DNA from: Bacteroides sp.
GTDB lineage: Bacteria; Bacteroidota; Bacteroidia; Bacteroidales; Bacteroidaceae
Length of the DNA: 64,000 nucleotides
Direction of reading: 5' to 3'
Assembly (NCBI RefSeq): GCF_028690125.1
Contig: NZ_JAQVBV010000030.1
Location: forward strand, 2,392-66,391
Made by a program: the position numbers and the translations under genes. Position 1 is the first letter of the stretch. The number at the start of each line of letters is the position of its first letter. Below are positions 7,061 through 15,145 of this stretch, one piece after another. Below the pieces are notes generated by a model. The model was not told the origin of the DNA and did not search any database. It saw nothing but the letters and a program-made list of their open reading frames with translations.

Positions 7061-7494
7061 CAAAACTTAGATAAGACAGTAATCTACACAAACTCTTTTG
7101 GTTCTTATAGAAACTATATGCTCAACAGTCTATCTTTCGGCTGGTGGTTCGACCGTGTGTACACATTCAATGATGCCGACCATATCTTATTGTATAAACC
7201 GGAAGAAGCGGATAATTATAATGAAGGAGCGAATAGGGCAAGAATTACTTCGGCTGTCATCACCGGAATATATATGTTAGGTGATAACTTCAGTTCGAAA
7301 GGTTCTTTACCGGGAAATGAAACAGCCAGGAAAAAGGCAAAAGAATCGGTTATTCTCAAAATAAGCGTATCGAAGGAAAAGAATTATGGACCTCCACGCC
7401 TATTATTTCAGTTAATAAAAAACTGATCTATTCTGTTCCAACACAGGATGTTAAGACCTATCGAATCGATGCCAACCATAAAAAATGCAGGTAA
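7061..7494 (+). pseudogene. 3-prime remnant of a clan GH-D (GH27/melibiase-like) glycoside hydrolase gene, N-terminally truncated and frameshifted
   Basis: The frame is open from 7061 with no credible start. WWFDRVYTFNDADHILL...RARITSAVITGIYMLGDNFS resembles the NDPDML...PL.G.D segment of GH27-type enzymes. The frame breaks near 7330-7350. A second frame then continues as ELWTSTPIISVNKKLIYSVPTQDVKTYRIDANHKKCR to a stop at 7492-7494. Confidence 0.5.
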
Positions 7495-7510
7495 GTAATA
7501 AGATATATAA

Positions 7511-7567
7511 GTAAACAGCTAAAACCAACCTGTTCAATGAATGAGTGGACTGGTTTTAGCTGTTTAC
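7511..7567. terminator. Perfect 17-bp inverted repeat hairpin between convergent genes
   Basis: GTAAACAGCTAAAACCA (7511-7527) pairs with TGGTTTTAGCTGTTTAC (7551-7567). The loop is 23 nt. Confidence 0.6.
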
Positions 7568-7659
7568 TATAGCGCAGTAATAGTTACTGGTATTGTATTC
7601 TTCCTCTTCTCTATTACCTAATTCAATACTAATTACAAGGGGATATTAAGGATTAGAGT

Positions 7660-8586
7660 CTATTCCCATTTACATGTATAAACGGTTGTATAAGTCTCGG
7701 TATTGGTGCTCGACACATTTCTTTCATCTTCACCAATTACTCCATCACCATTTTTATCTTCAAATGAACGGCTACGAATTTCCACATCTTTATCTACTAC
7801 AGTACAGCTTTCTACATATCCCTCACTATTTAATGTATAAGTAAATTTAATGGTTTCTTCATAAGTAGTTTCATATTTGCAAATTTCCTGGTAATAGTCA
7901 TCATAATATTCACCTTTATCAATATATTTACTATAAATTTGGTCTGGTAGTTGAGAGTTACGCATTCCTGCCAATTCAGGATGTGCATAGAAAACCACAT
8001 CCAAATTATCCCATACTTCATTGTCTAAACAAGGGAACCAACCTTTGCAAGTTTTTCCACTGTATGTATATTGATATTCACTTCCACCTTCTGTGGAATA
8101 TTTCGTTATTTTATTATTCGCCCAAGTAAGAGTATTGGTATAAGATTCATTAGAGGAATGAGAACTAATTTCTTTAATTATAGACAAATTATTGGATGTA
8201 TTGTAAGTATACGATGTACTATAACCATCTCCCTGACTTGTTCGCACTAAACCACCATTCAGGGTATATATTATGGATCTATTATCCTCTGTTGCTATAA
8301 TACTATTGTTCCCCCAAGTAAAATTAGTAGTCTCACTACCACTGTTTTCTGAATCTTTTTCAACAGCAGATATTACTCTTCCTTTATTATCATAAGAAAA
8401 TATCAACGTATTCGTTTCATCATCGTATGTTTCTTTAATCTCTATCAGTTTTTTCTGGTTGGTAATGATTCCGTCATCATTTTTAGCAGGAGTATCATCA
8501 CCCTCTTCATCATCACTACATGCAACAAAGTTCACACACATCATCACAGCCACTAAAGCCATTCCTAATAACCTAAATGTTCTCAT
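7660..8586 (-). CDS. Lipoprotein with YD/RHS-like beta-hairpin repeats (DUF4595-like)
   Basis: Signal peptide plus lipobox VNFVAC-SDDE. Recurrent Y-T-Y, TW-NN and YxYD-like repeats. Confidence 0.65.
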   Translation of the reverse strand: MRTFRLLGMALVAVMMCVNFVACSDDEEGDDTPAKNDDGIITNQKKLIEIKETYDDETNTLIFSYDNKGRVISAVEKDSENSGSETTNFTWGNNSIIATEDNRSIIYTLNGGLVRTSQGDGYSTSYTYNTSNNLSIIKEISSHSSNESYTNTLTWANNKITKYSTEGGSEYQYTYSGKTCKGWFPCLDNEVWDNLDVVFYAHPELAGMRNSQLPDQIYSKYIDKGEYYDDYYQEICKYETTYEETIKFTYTLNSEGYVESCTVVDKDVEIRSRSFEDKNGDGVIGEDERNVSSTNTETYTTVYTCKWE

Positions 8587-8622
8587 ATGTTTTTATTTGT
8601 GCTTTCTGTACCCGCAGAATAG

Positions 8623-8630
8623 CAAATTTA
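8623..8630 (-). promoter_or_regulatory. Bacteroides -7 promoter box TAAATTTG
   Basis: Matches TAnnTTTG, 37 nt upstream of the lipoprotein ATG at 8586. Confidence 0.5.
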
Positions 8631-9031
8631 TTAAATAAAAAGATGTGGGTACCATATTTTCTTTATTCTACATAAGAATTATGAAGCCTAAATGCAGAAT
8701 ATAGTTTTAATAACACCTTTTCTTAATTATGTCTTTCAAATTCTTTAATACATTCAAAACGTTAATTAGTTACAAAACTAACAAAATATTTTAATACGCG
8801 CAAAGAATAACTAAAAGTTTTACACACATTCAAAAATATATAACTATATGAATGCACTATTGATTGTATTTCACTACAATCATTGCACAAGCAAAAGGAT
8901 TCCGTGCAATATGACTTTCATTGAGATAAAAGAAAATGTAGCTGAATAAAAGACGATGTCCTTATGTAATCTCTTATTTATAACAGAATGGCATATAACT
9001 TTTAAAGCACTCCCTCACTACATAGATTATC

Positions 9032-9039
9032 TACTTTTG
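9032..9039 (+). promoter_or_regulatory. Bacteroides -7 promoter box TACTTTTG
   Basis: Matches TAnnTTTG, 139 nt upstream of the HU-like ATG. This leaves a long repeat-filled leader. Confidence 0.4.
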
Positions 9040-9051
9040 TAGCAAAAGCCT

Positions 9052-9143
9052 ATTCGTTCCACAGATATGGAACGAAAGAATAACAGATATGGGACGAAAG
9101 GGAAACAACTGTGGAACTAAAAGGAAATATCTGTGGAACGAAT
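9052..9143. repeat. Dense cluster of direct and inverted copies of a GTTCCACAG / ACAGATATGGRACGAAAG word in the leader of the HU-like gene
   Basis: The 17-bp perfect inverted repeat ATTCGTTCCACAGATAT (9052-9068) pairs with ATATCTGTGGAACGAAT (9127-9143). Local palindrome CGTTCCA-N6-TGGAACG at 9055-9074. An 18-bp direct repeat occurs at 9061-9078 and 9083-9100. An extra CTGTGGAAC lies at 9109-9117. Confidence 0.85.
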
Positions 9144-9177
9144 TACTATTAACTACTAAACCAATAAACTTCAGTAT

Positions 9178-9777
9178 ATGAGTGCAATCTATGACCTTTT
9201 CGATACTCCTAGCCCTGACAAAGGAGAAAAACAACCGCTACACGCCCGCATTGTTTCTAAAGGAACTGTAGACAAAGAAGAATTTTTAGACCGCGTACAC
9301 AAATTTACAGGTATCAGCCACAGTTTATTAACAGGTGCAATGGAAGCCTTTTCAAACGAGGCACGTGATTTACTGGCAGAAGGCTGGACGGTAGAGATCG
9401 GTAACTTCGGCTTCCTATCTACCTCATTGCAATGTCCTCCCATCAACGACAAAAAAGAAGTCCGCTCCACGTCCATCAAAATGAAAAACATCCATCTTCG
9501 TGCGAGCCGGTCATTCAAAAAAGAAGTAAGTGACAAAATGAGATTGCAACGTGGAGAATCTCTTACCCGACCGAAGAGAAACAGTATCTCCCGTGAAACT
9601 TGTCTTGTACATCTTAATCTATATTTAGCAACTCATTTATTCATTAGCCGGACAGACTACTGCCTTTTGACTGGTAGAAATAAAAAAGTCGCCATCACAG
9701 AATTGAATTCATTCATCACAGAGGGAATCATCCGAAGAGAAGGGGTAGGAAAATTAAGTGTATATATAAAGGTGTAA
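9178..9777 (+). CDS. HU-fold histone-like DNA-binding protein, long Bacteroides-specific form
   Basis: The N-terminal segment LHARIVSKGTVDKEEFLDRV...AFSNEARDLLAEGWTVEIGNFGF has the HU/IHF-like pattern seen in Bacteroides HU_HIG-type proteins. 199 aa with an extra C-terminal domain. Confidence 0.7.
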   Translation: MSAIYDLFDTPSPDKGEKQPLHARIVSKGTVDKEEFLDRVHKFTGISHSLLTGAMEAFSNEARDLLAEGWTVEIGNFGFLSTSLQCPPINDKKEVRSTSIKMKNIHLRASRSFKKEVSDKMRLQRGESLTRPKRNSISRETCLVHLNLYLATHLFISRTDYCLLTGRNKKVAITELNSFITEGIIRREGVGKLSVYIKV

Positions 9778-9870
9778 ATTATTTCACTATTAATCAGCAC
9801 TTTAGAAATTCATAAATTTGCTGTCGTTCATTGAACGTCATTAAAGCACCTCTGCGGCAATCGGCTGTTA

Positions 9871-9878
9871 TATCTTTG
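9871..9878 (+). promoter_or_regulatory. Bacteroides -7 promoter box TATCTTTG
   Basis: Matches TAnnTTTG, 57 nt upstream of the ATG at 9935. Confidence 0.55.
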
Positions 9879-9934
9879 CATCGTGATCACAAAGAGATAT
9901 GTTAATTAAAAGTATTCATTAAAAAAACAAGATT

Positions 9935-10408
9935 ATGTCATTAAAATATGTCATTAAAAAAAGAACCTTCGGTTTTGATAAAACTAAAACTGAAAAGTAT
10001 GTAGCTCAAAATGTGATTACCAATACGGTGGATTTTAAAACCTTGTGCGATGAAATCACTAAGATAGGATTAGTTCCGAGCGGAGCAGTAAAATTTGTAC
10101 TCGATGCCCTGATTGATACCCTGAACATGAACCTTAATAAAGGAATCTCCGTTCAGCTGGGCGATTTCGGATGTTTTCGTCCGGGGATAAATTGTGATAG
10201 CCAGGATGCGGCAAAAGATGTAGATAGCGATACCATCCGCAGGGTAAGAATCGTTTTCACTCCGGGATATAAATTCAAAGATATGCTGAATAAAGTCAGT
10301 ATTCAAAAGTTAGTTACGTCTAATGATGGGACTTTGATTCCCGAAAATCCTGATCCGACTCCGAATCGGGGTGACGACAATGGAGAGTCTCCGGACCCGA
10401 CTCTGTAA
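9935..10408 (+). CDS. HU-family histone-like DNA-binding protein (Bacteroides type) with Pro/Asp-rich tail
   Basis: VDFKTLCDEITKIGLVPSGAVKFVLDALIDTLNMNLNKGISVQLGDFGCF is an HU-like core. The tail is PENPDPTPNRGDDNGESPDPTL. Confidence 0.8.
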   Translation: MSLKYVIKKRTFGFDKTKTEKYVAQNVITNTVDFKTLCDEITKIGLVPSGAVKFVLDALIDTLNMNLNKGISVQLGDFGCFRPGINCDSQDAAKDVDSDTIRRVRIVFTPGYKFKDMLNKVSIQKLVTSNDGTLIPENPDPTPNRGDDNGESPDPTL

Positions 10409-10425
10409 TCAATTAATTATGCAAA

Positions 10426-10457
10426 AAACAGTATTCGCTTAAAAGCGGATACTGTTT
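10426..10457 (+). terminator. Hairpin downstream of the HU gene
   Basis: AAACAGTATTCGC pairs with GCGGATACTGTTT with one G-U position. Only a short T run follows. Confidence 0.45.
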
Positions 10458-10537
10458 GCAAACTCTATCATCAAACTCTTGACAACGCCTTAAAAATGTT
10501 GTATCTTTACTGTCTATTAACTTAAATAAAAATCAAT

Positions 10538-10789
10538 ATGAATTCAGCTATTTACGAATACGAAGAAGAAAAAAAACCATTTATTGTCAAAACGTATAAG
10601 AAAAAAGAATTAGCTTGCCTTTACAATCCGAATATTACTCCACGTTGCGCCATTCGAATGTTTACCAAATGGATCAAAATGAACAAGGAATTGTACACCC
10701 GTCTTGTGGCAACCGGCTACAATACACGTACTCGTACCTTTACCCCCTTACAAGTCAGAATCATAACCAATATTCTGGACATTCCTTAG
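10538..10789 (+). CDS. DUF4248 domain protein
   Basis: 83 aa. KKELACLYNPNITPRCAIRMFTKWI...FTPLQVRIITNILDIP matches my recollection of the Bacteroidales DUF4248 family, which commonly sits beside HU-like genes. Confidence 0.65.
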   Translation: MNSAIYEYEEEKKPFIVKTYKKKELACLYNPNITPRCAIRMFTKWIKMNKELYTRLVATGYNTRTRTFTPLQVRIITNILDIP

Positions 10790-10837
10790 GAATGCCCGGA
10801 ATGCCTACATAAAGTGAAACTTATTATAGAGTGAGAC

Positions 10838-12190
10838 TCAAACAATAGCCTTTTTAAATTGACGGAACTGCCACCACAACATCATCCCGGCAAGCAAACT
10901 CGCAATCAAATCAGAAATAGGCATACTCATCCATACACCTTCTTGCCCGTAAAACTGAGGTAGGATCAGCAGACAAGGAATCAAAATAAGAACCTGACGT
11001 GATACAGACAAGAAAATTGCCTTACTTGCCATACCGATACTTTGAAAGAAATTGGAAGCCACCATCTGAAAACCGACAATCGGGAAGAACATGACCACGA
11101 TACGCAACCCTTTAGTAGAAATACGAATCAGTTCCTCGTCAGTAGTGAAGATAGAGACAGCCAGCCCCGGAATCAGCATTCCCATCAGGAAACCAACAGT
11201 GGTAATAACTGTTGCCGCATAAATTGTGATTTTCAATACTTTTGTCACCCGTTCATACTGACGCGCTCCGAAATTATATCCTGCAATCGGCTGCATTCCC
11301 TGATTCAGCCCCATGACAATCATTACAAACAGAAAGACCAGCCGATTGACAATACCGAAAGCTCCGATAGCCAAGTCACCGCCAAACTGTTTTAATCCTT
11401 TATTAATCAGAATTACGATAAAGCAGGCAGCCAGATTCATCAGAAAAGGAGCCATACCAATTGCAAGAGAATCAAACACAATCTTTTTCTTTAAACGAAA
11501 AATACCCTTATGAAAATGAAGCAATTCATTTTTATTAGAAAAAAGTTTGAACTGCCATATCAATGCAATCACCTGTGCTGCAATAGTTGCAATAGCAGCT
11601 CCCTGTATTCCCCAGCCAAAGCCATAAATAAACAAAGGATCGAGAATCGTATTAATAACTACTGTAGCAATCGTTGCATACATCGCCTTCTGCGGATGAC
11701 CAGCAGAACGCAGTACAGCATTCAATCCTAAATAAAGATGAGTGACGACATTTCCCAGTAGAATAACTACCATATAATCGCGCGCATAACCGACAGTTGC
11801 CTCGCTACCGCCAAAGAAATAAAGAATAGGATCGAGGAAGATGAGGGCAAGAACAGTAAATACCAATCCAATAATAATATTTAAAACCAGCACATTGCCT
11901 AATACCCGTTGGGCTGTGTCATAATCTTTCTGCCCCAGTTTCACAGAAACCAATGTAGCTGCTCCCACCCCGACCAATGATCCGAATGCCGCAGCAAGAT
12001 TCATCAATGGGAAGGTCAGTGCCAATCCCGAAATGGCCATTGCTCCTACTCCGTGACCAATGAAAATACTATCTACCATGTTGTAAAGAGAAGATGCCGT
12101 CATAGCGATAATTGCCGGAATGGCATATTGCATTAAAAGCTTTCCAATCTTTTCCGTACCCAGCGCAGTGGGTGTCTTTTGTCCTGTCAT
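10838..12190 (-). CDS. MATE family multidrug/oligosaccharidyl-lipid efflux transporter
   Basis: 12-TM pattern with the typical MATE N-terminus KIGKLLMQYAIPAIIAMTASSLYNMVDSIFIGHGVG. I prefer the start at M11 (12190), downstream of the -7 box. Confidence 0.9.
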   Translation of the reverse strand: MTGQKTPTALGTEKIGKLLMQYAIPAIIAMTASSLYNMVDSIFIGHGVGAMAISGLALTFPLMNLAAAFGSLVGVGAATLVSVKLGQKDYDTAQRVLGNVLVLNIIIGLVFTVLALIFLDPILYFFGGSEATVGYARDYMVVILLGNVVTHLYLGLNAVLRSAGHPQKAMYATIATVVINTILDPLFIYGFGWGIQGAAIATIAAQVIALIWQFKLFSNKNELLHFHKGIFRLKKKIVFDSLAIGMAPFLMNLAACFIVILINKGLKQFGGDLAIGAFGIVNRLVFLFVMIVMGLNQGMQPIAGYNFGARQYERVTKVLKITIYAATVITTVGFLMGMLIPGLAVSIFTTDEELIRISTKGLRIVVMFFPIVGFQMVASNFFQSIGMASKAIFLSVSRQVLILIPCLLILPQFYGQEGVWMSMPISDLIASLLAGMMLWWQFRQFKKAIV

Positions 12191-12209
12191 ACCTATTACT
12201 TTGAGGATG

Positions 12210-12217
12210 CAAAGATA
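12210..12217 (-). promoter_or_regulatory. Bacteroides -7 promoter box TATCTTTG for the MATE gene
   Basis: The reverse complement of CAAAGATA matches TAnnTTTG, 20 nt upstream of the ATG at 12190. Confidence 0.5.
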
Positions 12218-12258
12218 CAAAAAAGAGACAGATTACGGGATATATGAGAAAAGTTTCG

Positions 12259-12266
12259 TATTTTTG
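12259..12266 (+). promoter_or_regulatory. Bacteroides -7 promoter box TATTTTTG for lysS
   Basis: Matches TAnnTTTG, 30 nt upstream of the ATG at 12296. Confidence 0.55.
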
Positions 12267-12295
12267 CCTCCAAAATTGAGTTAATACATAACGAA

Positions 12296-14026
12296 ATGAA
12301 TATATTAGAACTAAGTGAACAGGAAATCATTCGACGCAACAGTTTGAATGAACTTCGTGCAATGGGAATTGAACCCTATCCTGCTGCAGAGTATATAACC
12401 AATGCTTTTTCCACAGACATTAAAGCTGAATTCAAAGATGACAGCGAACCGCGTCAGGTTTCTATAGCGGGCCGTATCATGAGCCGCCGCGTAATGGGCA
12501 AGGCTTCGTTCATCGAATTACAGGATTCAAAAGGACGTATCCAGGTATATATTACCCGTGATGACATCTGCCCGGGAGAAGATAAGGAAATGTACAATGC
12601 TGTATTCAAACGCCTGCTCGACTTAGGAGACTTTATCGGTATCGAAGGTTTCGTATTCCGTACACAGATGGGTGAAGTCAGTATCCATGCTCAGAAACTG
12701 ACAGTACTTGCCAAGTCTATCAAACCACTGCCAATTGTAAAATACAAGGATGGGGTTGCTTATGACTCTTTTGAAGACCCGGAACTCCGTTACCGCCAAC
12801 GTTATGTCGATCTGATCGTTAATGATGGCATTAAAGAAACATTCGAAAAACGTGCCACTATAGTGAAAACATTACGTAAAGCTTTGGATGAAGCAGGCTA
12901 TACGGAAGTAGAAACTCCGATTCTGCAATCTATCGCCGGTGGTGCAAGTGCACGCCCGTTTATCACTCACCATAACTCACTGGATGTAGACCTTTACCTA
13001 CGTATTGCAACAGAGCTATACTTGAAACGCTTGATTGTAGGTGGTTTTGAAGGCGTATACGAGATAGGAAAGAATTTCCGTAACGAAGGTATGGACAAGA
13101 ACCATAATCCTGAGTTTACTTGTATGGAACTCTACGTTCAGTATAAGGACTATAACTGGATGATGGATTTCACGGAGAAACTATTGGAACGCATCTGTAT
13201 TGCCGTAAACGGAAATACGGAAAGCGTAATCGATGGAAAGACTATCAACTTCAAAGCTCCTTATCGCCGTCTACCTATCTTGGATGCAATTAAAGAAAAA
13301 ACAGGATACGACCTAAACGGTAAGAATGAAGAAGAAATCCGCCAGATCTGCAAGGAGCTTAAAATGGAAGAGATTGATGAGACAATGGGCAAGGGTAAGC
13401 TGATTGATGAAATATTCGGTGAATTCTGCGAAGGAACTTATATACAACCTACTTTCATCACCGACTATCCTGTAGAAATGTCCCCATTGACTAAAATGCA
13501 CCGCTCTAAGCCGGGACTGACCGAACGTTTCGAACTAATGGTAAACGGTAAAGAATTAGCCAACGCTTATTCTGAGTTAAATGATCCGCTCGATCAGGAA
13601 GAACGCTTTAAAGAGCAAATGCGCCTGGCAGACAAGGGAGATGACGAAGCAATGATTATTGATCAGGATTTCCTGCGTGCTTTGCAGTATGGCATGCCGC
13701 CAACATCAGGTATCGGTATTGGTATAGACCGTCTGGTTATGTTGATGACCGGACAGACTACTATCCAAGAAGTATTATTCTTCCCGCAAATGCGTCCGGA
13801 AAAAGTAACTAAGAAAGATCCTACTGCCAAATATACGGAACTGGGTATTGCAGAAGATTGGATTCAGGTAATCCAGAAAGCCGGCTACAACACAGTAGAA
13901 GATATGAAAGATGTGAATCCGCAAAAATTACATCAAGATATTTGCGGTATCAATAAGAAATATAAATTAGAATTGACTAGTCCAACCGTGAATGATGTAA
14001 CCGAGTGGATAAATAAACTTAAATAA
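12296..14026 (+). CDS. lysS: Lysine--tRNA ligase (class II) with a ~70-aa C-terminal extension
   Basis: OB-fold N-domain. Class II motifs FRNEG..NPEFT, the ELANAYSELNDP segment and GIGIGIDRLVML. 576 aa. Confidence 0.97.
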   Translation: MNILELSEQEIIRRNSLNELRAMGIEPYPAAEYITNAFSTDIKAEFKDDSEPRQVSIAGRIMSRRVMGKASFIELQDSKGRIQVYITRDDICPGEDKEMYNAVFKRLLDLGDFIGIEGFVFRTQMGEVSIHAQKLTVLAKSIKPLPIVKYKDGVAYDSFEDPELRYRQRYVDLIVNDGIKETFEKRATIVKTLRKALDEAGYTEVETPILQSIAGGASARPFITHHNSLDVDLYLRIATELYLKRLIVGGFEGVYEIGKNFRNEGMDKNHNPEFTCMELYVQYKDYNWMMDFTEKLLERICIAVNGNTESVIDGKTINFKAPYRRLPILDAIKEKTGYDLNGKNEEEIRQICKELKMEEIDETMGKGKLIDEIFGEFCEGTYIQPTFITDYPVEMSPLTKMHRSKPGLTERFELMVNGKELANAYSELNDPLDQEERFKEQMRLADKGDDEAMIIDQDFLRALQYGMPPTSGIGIGIDRLVMLMTGQTTIQEVLFFPQMRPEKVTKKDPTAKYTELGIAEDWIQVIQKAGYNTVEDMKDVNPQKLHQDICGINKKYKLELTSPTVNDVTEWINKLK

Positions 14027-14040
14027 ATTAAGAATGGAGA

Positions 14041-14105
14041 ATTAAGAATGAAGAATCGTTTCGGCTTTTCATTCATAATTCTTCATTCTTCATTCTTAAT
14101 TTTTA
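14041..14105 (+). terminator. Rho-independent terminator after lysS
   Basis: ATTAAGAATGAAGAAT (14041-14056) pairs with ATTCTTCATTCTTAAT (14085-14100), followed by TTTT. Confidence 0.75.
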
Positions 14106-14114
14106 ATTAAAGAA

Positions 14115-15110
14115 ATGAAACTACCCGGTAAGATAGCGATAATGGGCGGAGGAAGCTGGGCTACAGCAATTGCAAAGATGTGTCTGGCTCAAGAAGATTC
14201 TATCAATTGGTATATGCGGCGAGACGACCGCATTGCCGATTTCAAGAGATTGGGACACAATCCGGCTTATCTGACAGGTGTGAAATTCGACATGAAGCGT
14301 ATCAATTTCAGTTCTAATATCAATGATATTGTGAAGGAATCGGATACGTTGATTTTCGTCACTCCCTCTCCTTATCTGAAAGCGCATCTGAAAAAGTTGA
14401 AGATGAAGATAAAGGATAAATTCATTATCACCGCTATCAAAGGAATCGTACCCGATGACAACGTAATCGTATCGGAATATTTCACCAAAGAATATGCTGT
14501 ACCACCAGAAAACATTGCTGTGTTGGCAGGTCCATGTCATGCGGAAGAAGTTGCACTCGAACGGCTTTCTTATCTGACCATCGCTTGTCCGGACAAAGAT
14601 AAAGCCCGTATTTTCGGTCGCCGTCTGGGAAGCAGTTTCATTAAAACTTCTGTGAGCGATGATGTGGCAGGAATAGAGTACAGTTCAGTATTGAAAAACG
14701 TATATGCTATTGCTGCCGGTATTTGTAGCGGTCTGAAATATGGAGATAATTTCCAGGCTGTATTAATCTCAAATGCCATTCAGGAAATGAACCGTTTCCT
14801 AAATACTGTGCATCCGTTGAACAGAAACGTAGATGACTCTGTTTATCTGGGAGATTTGCTGGTAACGGGATATTCCAACTTTAGCCGTAACCGGACTTTT
14901 GGCACCATGATTGGGAAAGGTTATTCTGTGAAGAGTGCACAAATTGAAATGGAAATGATTGCAGAAGGTTACTACGGTACAAAATGTATCAAGGAGATCA
15001 ACAAGCATCATCATGTCAATATGCCTATCTTGGATGCCGTATACAATATCCTGTACGAACGCATATCACCAATGATCGAGATAAAACTGCTAACGGATTC
15101 TTTTAGATAA
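14115..15110 (+). CDS. gpsA: NAD(P)H-dependent glycerol-3-phosphate dehydrogenase
   Basis: N-terminal Rossmann motif IAIMGGGSWATA. GpsA-type core LAGPCHAEEVA. 331 aa. Confidence 0.95.
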   Translation: MKLPGKIAIMGGGSWATAIAKMCLAQEDSINWYMRRDDRIADFKRLGHNPAYLTGVKFDMKRINFSSNINDIVKESDTLIFVTPSPYLKAHLKKLKMKIKDKFIITAIKGIVPDDNVIVSEYFTKEYAVPPENIAVLAGPCHAEEVALERLSYLTIACPDKDKARIFGRRLGSSFIKTSVSDDVAGIEYSSVLKNVYAIAAGICSGLKYGDNFQAVLISNAIQEMNRFLNTVHPLNRNVDDSVYLGDLLVTGYSNFSRNRTFGTMIGKGYSVKSAQIEMEMIAEGYYGTKCIKEINKHHHVNMPILDAVYNILYERISPMIEIKLLTDSFR

Positions 15111-15145
15111 TAATAAGTAGTAGTCACTACTAAATAAATATAACT

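Noticed and set aside
7098-7280. 60-aa TTG-start ORF overlapping the hydrolase remnant
   Set aside because: It is an alternative frame of the pseudogene region with no motif content. The protein-like frame is the one starting at 7061/7118.
9031-9536. Minus-strand ORFs 9031..9234 and 9189..9536
   Set aside because: They are antisense to the HU-like gene and its repeat-rich leader. The HU-like plus-strand frame has a recognisable fold signature.
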